From Hyaloraphidium curvatum SAG 235-1 (lineage: Eukaryota; Fungi; Monoblepharomycota), in assembly GCA_025558095.1 (NCBI GenBank), contig JAIVFI010000018.1, forward strand, positions 248,001-312,000: 64,000 nt of DNA. The letters are read 5' to 3'. Below are positions 55,664 to 64,000 of this stretch, piece by piece (position 1 is the stretch's first letter; each line of letters begins with the position of its first letter). The notes beneath the pieces are model-generated. The model saw only the letters and a list, made by a program, of their open reading frames with translations. It was not told the DNA's origin and ran no database searches. The position numbers were made by a program, and so were the translations under genes.

Positions 55664-57783
55664 ATGTCCGGACGCGATGGCCACCTCCGGCAACGCGTCG
55701 TTTCCAAAGAATCGTCTCGTAGCTCGAAGAACGATGCCGATCGCGGGTACGATTAGCCAGAAAGAGGGGGTTAGCGTAACAACTCACAGGAGCTTCGCAG
55801 CTCCTCTCCAAAACGCCGCGTTGACGCGCTTTCGGAGCCCGAGGACGCGTCGAAGAACGCATCCTCGCTACCTCTTGCTCTCGTAGCTTGCCTGATTGGG
55901 GTGCGGGTATCGGGCGCGCTTCGAAACCACATCGAAGACTGCGACGAGACCTTCAACTACTGGGAGCCGACCCATTTCTTGCAGCACGGCTACGGTTTGC
56001 AGACTTGGGAGTATAGCCCGGAGTACGCCATTCGATCCTGGAGCTATGCCGGAATCCATGCGGCTCTGGCTGTGCTATTTGACAGTCTGACGTTGGGGAT
56101 CTTTGACAAGGTGACGCCGAGCCCCGGTAGAGCCGAATTCGGACCTGCTGTCTGACACGAGGCACTAGAGAGCGACGTTTTACTTTGTGCGGGTGGCACT
56201 GGCGCTGTTCTCTGCTGCATCGGAGATCTATCTTTCCCAGAAGACCGCGGCGCTCTACGGGCGGGAAACTGGAACCACTCTTCTGAGCCTCCTGGTGGGA
56301 AGCGCCGGCATGTTTGGTGCCGCTCCAGGTGGGCGTTTCTGGATGCTAGTGCCTCCGGTTGCATGCCAATCAAAGACTAGCGTACCTGCCCTCGAGCTTC
56401 GCCATGACAACGACAGCTTTTGCCTTTGCTACGAGCCTCGAGAGCCCCTCCGCTAGCCGAACCATGCGATCTGTGCTGTGGTTTGCCCTCGGAACCATTG
56501 TTGGCTGGCCCTTTGCCGGGGCCCTTGCAATACCATTCGCCGTCGAGGATATGCTGCTGCGCTTCGGCGATTCGACGAGGATCGGCGAAAGATTCCTCCG
56601 CTTGGTGCAAGCTGGCATCATGGCGGTGCTTCTGATACTGGTTGGTTGCGGAGGGAGGGACGAGTGCGGCGTTTGGCTGAGATCCGCGAATAGGTGCCCG
56701 TCATCGTTGTCGACTCTTTCTTCTACCGCAAGTTTGTGGTGGTTCCCTTGCAAATCGTCCTTTACAACGTCTTCGGTGGCGATCTAGGTCCCGCGCTTTA
56801 CGGCACCGAGCCGTGGTGGTACTACAGCGCAAACCTCGTGCTCAACTTCAACGTCACGTATCTGCTTGCAGCAGGCAGCCTTGTTCTGGTGATGTCGGAG
56901 CATCTCTTGCAAACGAGCCCGCCGCGCACACCTCCTGCGTCGCTCACCGTGGCCAAGCTGTGCAGCTTCTATCTTTGGACGGCCATCTTTACGGCCCAGC
57001 CTCACAAAGAGGAGCGGTTCATGTTTGTCGTTTACCCTCTCCTTTGCTTCAACGCCGCGCTTTCACTCTCGAGCGCTTCGCGTGTTCTTCAGCGCTTCCT
57101 GGGCTCTCGTTTCGGTCGTCTTGCTGTCCTCGCAGCCGTTGTAGGTTCCAGCGGCCTCTCGATGGCTCGCGTGATCGGACTCCACCGTTACTACTCCGCT
57201 CCCATGGACATCTATCGCACTTTGGGGCGGACCGTGGGCGAAAGATCTTCTTTCGGCAACGCATCTGTTTCTGTGTGTGTTGGAAAGGAATGGCATCGCT
57301 TTCCTTCCCATTACTTTCTTCCCGAGCTGGAACATCCCGGAGGCACGACCAAAGTACGGCTCCGGTTCCTGCGGAGCAGTTTCGGCGGTCTTTTGCCCAA
57401 AGACTGGGTTGAAGATGCACCGGAGCAACCGTGGCGGCGTGGCACGTTCCTCATTCCGACCGGCATGAACAATCGCAATCAGGAGGAGACTGATCGCTAT
57501 GTAAGTGACGACTTCTTTCTGCCCAGTCAGCATCCAACGCTCCCGCTAGGTCGACCCCAACTCGTGTGACTACGTGGTTGACTTACATCTCCCTTCTGCT
57601 CCAATCGACCCCCGAGATCCCGAATACGTTTCGATGCAAACACGGTGGCGGAAGGTTCAGTGCCTGCCTTTTCTGGACAAGGATCGGACACAGAGCATTG
57701 CGCGGATCCTTTGGGTTCCTGGACTCGGATCACGGCGAGTGTGGGGAGAGTACTGTCTCCTCGAGAGGGGCGATGTAGTCTAA
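55664..57783 (+). CDS. ALG9: ALG9 alpha-1,2-mannosyltransferase (GT22); multi-exon
   Basis: DCDETFNYWEP..QTWEYSPEYAIRSW; LYGTEPW; QPHKEERF; VCVGKEWHRFPSHYFLP; MNNRNQEE. Confidence 0.95.
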
Positions 57784-57817
57784 AGATGATCGTACGAGTT
57801 GCTCACTAGCAGAGGGC

Positions 57818-58708
57818 TCAAAGCTTGCCGCCTGTATCTTCGCCGACGACGAGGGGCAGGTTCGGGTCCGCCGTCCAATCGATGAGGCTGCCATCGTACA
57901 CTGCAACTTTGGGATGATTCAGGAGGAATCGCAGCACGAAAGCGTCCGATGTGGCTGCGATCCCTCCACCGCAGTAGGTAACCACCCTCTGGTCATCTTT
58001 GGCAAAGCTAAATTTTTGCCTCAGCGCCTCCACATTTTGGTAAGTCCCGTCCGGCTTGAGGATCGAAAGGTACCACACGTTCTTGGCACCGGGAATACGA
58101 CCAGGGCGCTGGTAGGATGTGTCTCGACCCACATGATTCTCGGGGCTAAGGGCGTTGACAACGCAGGTAGCACTTGATCCGTTGGAGATGGCCTGCTTCA
58201 GATCTTCCTTGTCCGCCCACAGCGAAGCGTCCAACTTGGGCGTGAACTTGACCTTGCCGGGCGGGAATCGCGATCCCGGGCCAGAGAACAGGGGACGACC
58301 TTCCTCCTTCCATTTCTCGAGGCCACCATCAAGCACCGAAGCGTTTCTGAACCCATACGAGTAGAGCATCCAGTAAAGGCGCGTTGACCACATCCTCTCG
58401 CTCCTGTCGTAGAGAACCACATATTTGGTCGAGTCCCCGATCCCAAGAGCCTCGACTTCGGCGGCAAACTGTTCGGGGCCGGGCAGCATCGACCAAACGG
58501 TGGTTCTCTTGTCCGCGAGATCGACTAGGAGGTCGGCGAAGGCAGCCTGGTCGTCCCTTCCAATGTGCTCCTTTTCGAAATCTTCTCGACCGCTCCTCGT
58601 CTTCCCATCGAGGAAGACGGTGGCATCGATGATACGTAGGTTGTCTCCCAGCGACTCGGAGAGGCGGGCCGCGAGCCAGTTCGTGTCCACGAGCGGAGGA
58701 GCCGCCAT
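57818..58708 (-). CDS. Tandem-domain rhodanese / 3-mercaptopyruvate sulfurtransferase, intronless
   Basis: LVDTNWL; VLDGGLEKW; GRIPGA; active-site YCGGGIAA; VYDGSLIDW. Confidence 0.93.
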   Translation of the reverse strand: MAAPPLVDTNWLAARLSESLGDNLRIIDATVFLDGKTRSGREDFEKEHIGRDDQAAFADLLVDLADKRTTVWSMLPGPEQFAAEVEALGIGDSTKYVVLYDRSERMWSTRLYWMLYSYGFRNASVLDGGLEKWKEEGRPLFSGPGSRFPPGKVKFTPKLDASLWADKEDLKQAISNGSSATCVVNALSPENHVGRDTSYQRPGRIPGAKNVWYLSILKPDGTYQNVEALRQKFSFAKDDQRVVTYCGGGIAATSDAFVLRFLLNHPKVAVYDGSLIDWTADPNLPLVVGEDTGGKL

Positions 58709-59030
58709 GCTCGGGCCGATTTGTGTCTCCCAACGACTTCAGAAAGGGGCGCCGCGAACCAGGCCTAGAGCGGGTGCACGCAATGTCCGGTGAACAATAA
58801 TCGCGATTGTATGCCGATGGAGAGAATGCGGATGGAGCCGCGCAGTTCCGACGATGGCCGGAACGGTTGCGCGAGGATGCGCAAGGACGCACGCCGAGCA
58901 CGCCATCACGCCATTCGCATTGCATTCGTTTAGATCGATGGCAAGCCGCAAAGCCGGCTATTTATTTCAGAGGGATCTAGATCATTCCCAAACATTACGC
59001 ATTCCGCTTCCCGCGCCCTCTAGTTCCACG

Positions 59031-62000
59031 TCATCGCAGCGGCTTCGACGTCGGCGAGGGCGCCATCTCCGGCTGGCTCGCCAGGCTGACGGAGCTCCCA
59101 GCGTTCAGCAGCCAGCTCTCCCGCGGTGGCGCCCGCGAGTTGCTGTACGTCGCGCCCTTGAGCTTTTCGTCCGCCGGCTTGGCCTGCTTGGCCCGCCGCG
59201 CCTTGTCCCGCGCCGCCATCTGCGCCTCGGCCTGCTCGATCGCCGCCGTCACGTAGTGGTCCTGGTCGAAAGGCCGGACCGCAACGCCCTTTTGCCCGGC
59301 CATGATGGCCATGGTGTTCATGTCCGACATGAGCGCCGCCGAGAGCTTCTCGCGCTCGTGCGCCTCCCACTCCACCCATCGGCGCATGTACATGCCCGAT
59401 CCGTCGAAATCGCCGTCCTTGGCATGGTCCGTCTTGCCGCTCTCGCCCGAGACCATGCGCGTTTGGCCCCAGCTGAAGTCGTCGAAATGCCAGTATGAAT
59501 AGATGGGCAAGACAAAGTTCCATATAGGAAGACTGGGAGCGGGAGGGTCAGCGCGCGGAACGGACGCCACCAGCGGCCAGACTCACCTCAAAATGTAGAT
59601 AAACATCCAAAAGACGTACGTCACGCTCTGTGCCGTGAAGACGATGAGGACGCCGGGCAGGCCGAGGATGGTCAGCAGCAGGACCAGGGGGATGATCGGA
59701 GGCGGGGTGGTGAAGAAGGAGATGATGAGGAGGTATATGGTGAAGCAGATGGCGGCCGGGAGCACGAGCGTTCCGACGAGCTCCATGAAGACGACTGGGA
59801 GACGGCGAGTCAGCTCCACGTACGGCCGCGCCGCCGCGAAATCGCTCACCAAACTGCATGGATATGCAGAACGTGCCGCACAGGTCGCGCACGAGCACGA
59901 GCTCGAACAGGTTGTGCACCGTCGAGTTGATCCACCGCCGCCGCTGCGACAGCAGGATCTTGAACCGGTCCGGCACCGTGGTCTTGCACTTTGCCTGGGG
60001 CACAAAGAGCAGCTTGCGGCGCGGGAAGGTCTTGAGCATGAGCGTGGTCAGGTACCGGTCCTCGCCCAGCAGGAGAAGGTTCTTCTTGTGCAGCGTGTCC
60101 ACCACGTTCTCGGCGTACTTTTCCACGATGTCCGGGTTGGCCAGGATCGGGACGTAGTACCCCTCGGGCCCCTTGGGCGCCTTGATGCGGTACATGCAGA
60201 AGCACCCGGGCAAGCACGTCACACCGCCAAACACCGACTCGAAGGCCTTGTTGAGGTGGTGCGAGATGTGGTACTCGAACACCTGGATCATGGTCACCCA
60301 GCTCTCGGTCTTGTTTTCGATCTTGGTCTCCCCGCACAGGCCCATGATGTTGGGGTCCCGCATGAAGGTGGCCACGAGGTGCCGCAGCGAGTCGGGGTAC
60401 ACCTTGGTGTCGGCGTCCACGAACATGATGGCCTCGTACTGGTCCGGCGGCATCCCGCCCAGGCTCCAGATTTTGGAGAACAGGTCGTACTCAAAGTCCG
60501 TGAGCCGGTCGTCGAAGATGACCTTGGACAGGAAGTTCATGACGACGATCTGCGAGTCGCGCTTGCCGCGGTTCCCGGGCTTGAGCAGCTTGCCCTCGGC
60601 GGCGAGCTTCTGCTCCTCGGCGTTGCCGACCTTGACGATCACCACCATGGGCACGCGGCGGTTGTACCCCTCGAGCGCGTGGCGGTAGTACCCCGCGTGC
60701 ACGCGCGCGCAGTTGAGCCGGCGCGAGCCGTCGGCGATGGCAACGTACGAGAGCGCCGGCGGCGGGTCGGGGAACCGCAGCGGCGCCAGCGCCTCGGGCG
60801 CGGGGGCCACCATGCCCGTGACGATGTCGGGGGTCGACTTGTCGTTGCCGGCACCCTTGACAATGCCGTCGCACACGACGAGGAGCAGCTTGCGCTCGTC
60901 GGGGTAGTCCGTCATGGCCAGCGAGTCGAGCGTGCTCCGGATGCCCTCCTCGCCCTCGGAGTAGCTGGCGCAAAGGGTCAGCTATCGTGGAAGCAATCCA
61001 TGCGCAAGACAACCCACCAGGTGACCATCAGTATCGTGTAGGCCAGGTCGCTCCTCCACTTTTCCGGCACCGGCTTCTCCATCCCGTTCCCGTACCCGAG
61101 CACCGCCGGCACCATGGGCGTCTGCGTCCCCGCCGACGCCTCGCTCTCGACGCTGTTCTCCGAGCGCCCGGCCAGGTTGCTCTCGGACAGCGACACCGAG
61201 TCCGCGGCGAGCACCTCGACCTTGAGGTTCTGCCCCGTGGTCGAGTTGAGCGTCGCCTGGCTCTCGTCCGCGCGGACCATCGGCGCGGGCGCGGTAGGGG
61301 TCGCGGTGCGGTGCTGCAGGTGCAGGCCGCGCCGGGTGTTGGGCTTCTTCTTGGCCGAGGCGTCGCCGAGCTTGCGCGAGAGGATCCAGTGGTATGCGAC
61401 GGCGAGGATGAACTTGATCAGGACCTGGGGCGGGCCGTCAGCAGCCGAATCACTGGCATAACGCCGCGAAAGTACACTCACCACCGCGACGATGAACACG
61501 AGCGAGACGTAGAGCACCACGTCCGACACCACGCAGCCGACCGACTTGGGGTCCACCACGCCGACCTTGAAGATCTCCACCAGGCACTCGGCGCGCTGCC
61601 TCAAATCATTGCTGCTCGTGAAGGCCAGCGTCGCGTCGCGCCCCAGGTTGAGTATCACGTTGCGGCGCACGGCGGGCCCGAGGAAGTCGGGCGCTTCGGC
61701 GAGCATGCGGAAGATGTTGAGGACCATGCCGTTGTAGACGATGTACAGCGGGTCCGACACGGTCACCTGGCCCGAGGTGGCGGGGGGCGCGGTGGCAATG
61801 ATCTGCTCCCAGTCGAAGAAGACGTCGCCCTGAAAGCGGAGCTGGCGGAAAGCCACGTCGCGGGCCTCGGCCGAGTAGTGGCAGGCCTCCACTTGGCTGC
61901 AAAGGAGGCAAGATCAGGCGGGAACGGCGGTGCGCCGGCTCCGGACAACGCACCCCTGCTGCCGCGGCCACACGCCGGGGATGGTGCACGGCCAGTGCGT

Positions 62001-63098
62001 GTAGTTGCTGCCCAGCACGCGCCTGCACACCGACTGCTCCGGCGGCGGCGGGAACAGGAAGCCAATGTCCCTGCCCACGGTCCAGGTCCACAGGTCGATC
62101 AGACCGTACTCGGTGGGCGGGTGGGTGTAGCCGTCGGTCGAGATGCCGCGGCCGTAGATGGCGGTGGCGCCCGCGGCGGCCAGCTGCGAGCCCTGGATGC
62201 GCGGCGCGGGCTTGCCGCACACGGTCTGGGTGAAGCCGAAGGTGAGGAAGCCGACGAGGGTGCAGAGGAGGAGGATGATGATGCACAGGGCGACCTTTTC
62301 GCGCCAGGCGTCCTGCTGGTCGCGGGTCTTTATGCCGCAGCACGAGAGCAGCGGCCGCACGGCCCAGAAGGTGAGCACCAGCACGGTGACGCGCCACCAG
62401 TTCCACGGGCGGCGCGGCGGCTCGGCGACGGGCTGCGGCACGGTGGCGGTGGTCTTTGATGCCCCGCGCGGGGGGGCGGCGTCGTTCGAGAGGGGCACGG
62501 GCTCCAGGATGCCCGCGGGACGCGAGCCGACGGCCGCCGCCGCAGCGGCGGCGCCCATCGGCACCAGCTGCGGCTGCGGGGGCGCCACGGTGAACTGCGA
62601 GGGCACGGCCATCGACAGCGGCCGGGGCGCGGCCACCTCGGGCACGGGGCCGCCGGCGAACGACGGCGACGGCTCAGCGATGACGAACTCCGTGGGGCCG
62701 TCCGACAGCACGGCGTGCGGCTGGCCGGGCACGGGCGGGCGGCGGTCCGAGGGCGCGCGCTCGTACTTGACGAGCGACTTGCCGCGGCGCGGCAGCGCGT
62801 CCGCGGGGGCGTCCACGCCGGCCTCTGCGGCGGCCAGCGCGACGTCCGACGGCGCGCGCGGCCGTGCGGAGGCCGACGGCGTGCGCTGCAGCGCCGAGTC
62901 CCTGCGCGGCGGCACCGTGCCGTGCGGCGGCGGGGGGGGCGGCGGGGCCCCGGGCGGCGGCATCGCGGGCGGCGCGGCCGCGGCAGGGGACGGCGCGCCC
63001 GCGCCGCCGACGGTCTGCGACCGCCGGTACGTCCGCGGAGGCGGCACGATGGCGGGCGGTTGCCCGCTCGGTGCGGGCGGCGGCTTCGCCCCGCTCAT
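59031..63098 (-). CDS. Chitin synthase, class IV (Chs3-like); multi-exon
   Basis: AWREKVALC; GNRGKRDSQ; VDADT; VTCLPGCF; LGEDRYLT; QRRRW; [10 protein letters not shown]. Confidence 0.95.
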
Positions 63099-63890
63099 CG
63101 GGGCGCCCGGTCGTCCGAGAACCGCTGAAGGGGATCCGCGGCGGGCACAGGCGGCGCCCTACTGGCGAGGCCCGGATAAGTGGGCCGGCGCCGAGGTGCG
63201 GGCAGGAAGGAGATGCAGGGCCGCAGGGGGCGGTTGTTCTCTTTTCGGCGAAGAGGCCCCGACTCAGCCCACTTCCGCTCGTTCGGGTCGAGCTCGCGAA
63301 CCCCGGCCTACACACATCTCCCTGGCATCTCCATCTAATCGCAACACACAGCTGATGCCTGTATTGACCATGAGGAGCTGTCTGTCGTTTTGGGGGAGGG
63401 GATCGGTGCCCTCAGCACGCCGCCTTCCATTCTGATCACTCCCCCTCCGTACGACATTGCATTGCCGCACCCGTGCGGCAGGCTCCAAGCGCATGCGGCT
63501 TCTCCGGGCCGTTGTAGCCCTGATCGCAGGCATGGACGGGCGGGATGCGGTCCAGGCGCCGGACCGATCGCAGGACCGGGGGTGAGCTCGAGGGGCCGTC
63601 TTCGGCACGGACAAAACACTCCTTCGGCCCTGGTCCGTACTAGTGCGAATGCGAAAGGAATGCACATATTGCTACGGTCAGTCCCTCGGTCAAGCCTTCC
63701 TGTCGGTCCCCGTGTCACGTGCACCCCTTCGTGCGCCCCACCCGGCGGCATTCCGTGTCCGCCGTGCACTGCTTCCGTTTCGAAAGCCGCACTGCCCAAT
63801 CCTGCTTATCTCCCGTGCCAGCAGCCACTTCCTTGCCCTCAGCATAGAATCGGTACGGGTTCTCGATCCAGCAGCCGTCTGCCAGTCAGC

Positions 63891-64000
63891 CTACTTGGCC
63901 CCGTAGCGCCCCAGTCCCCTCAGGATGGCCTGGAACTCCTCCCTCACGGTCTTTTCCTTGTGATCCAGCAGGAAGTTGAACGCGTACATCTGCCCCGCGG
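63891..64000 (-). CDS. Probable 3' fragment of a gene extending beyond the window
   Basis: Open frame ..QMYAFNFLLDHKEKTVREEFQAILRGLGRYGAK with GC3 bias. Confidence 0.4.
   Translation of the reverse strand, partial: AGQMYAFNFLLDHKEKTVREEFQAILRGLGRYGAK

Noticed and set aside
1-64000. Numerous long antisense and alternate-frame ORFs (e.g. 12054-13604, 28761-30356, 59635-62459)
   Set aside because: These are shadow ORFs caused by high GC3 on the opposite strand of real genes.

Overview
Eukaryotic, GC-rich, gene-dense DNA with many short (about 50-80 nt) GT-AG introns. A class IV chitin synthase together with Rab3GAP1 points to an early-diverging, probably chytrid-like fungus (inference). About 33 genes are recognisable, mostly arranged as tight head-to-head pairs. 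The main finding is a lipid-modification cluster at 15.3-30.0 kb. It contains a CNMT-like methyltransferase, a Cfa/UfaM-type fatty-acyl methyltransferase, a sterol C24-methyltransferase, a DUF1365 protein and a COG2907-type FAD oxidoreductase. These match the UfaM/UfaD/UfaO families that make furan fatty acids in alphaproteobacteria, here as intron-containing eukaryotic genes. The cluster is interrupted by about 4.5 kb holding an F-box/LRR gene, an initiator-tRNA-like gene embedded in a 349-bp inverted repeat that brackets an orphan ORF, and an apparently frameshifted LRR gene. Other oddities are a methionyl-tRNA synthetase-like protein lacking HIGH and KMSKS, a plant GLB3-like truncated hemoglobin, and a trypsin with a polybasic tail. 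All assignments come from recognising motifs by eye; no searches were run, and exon boundaries are manual estimates.
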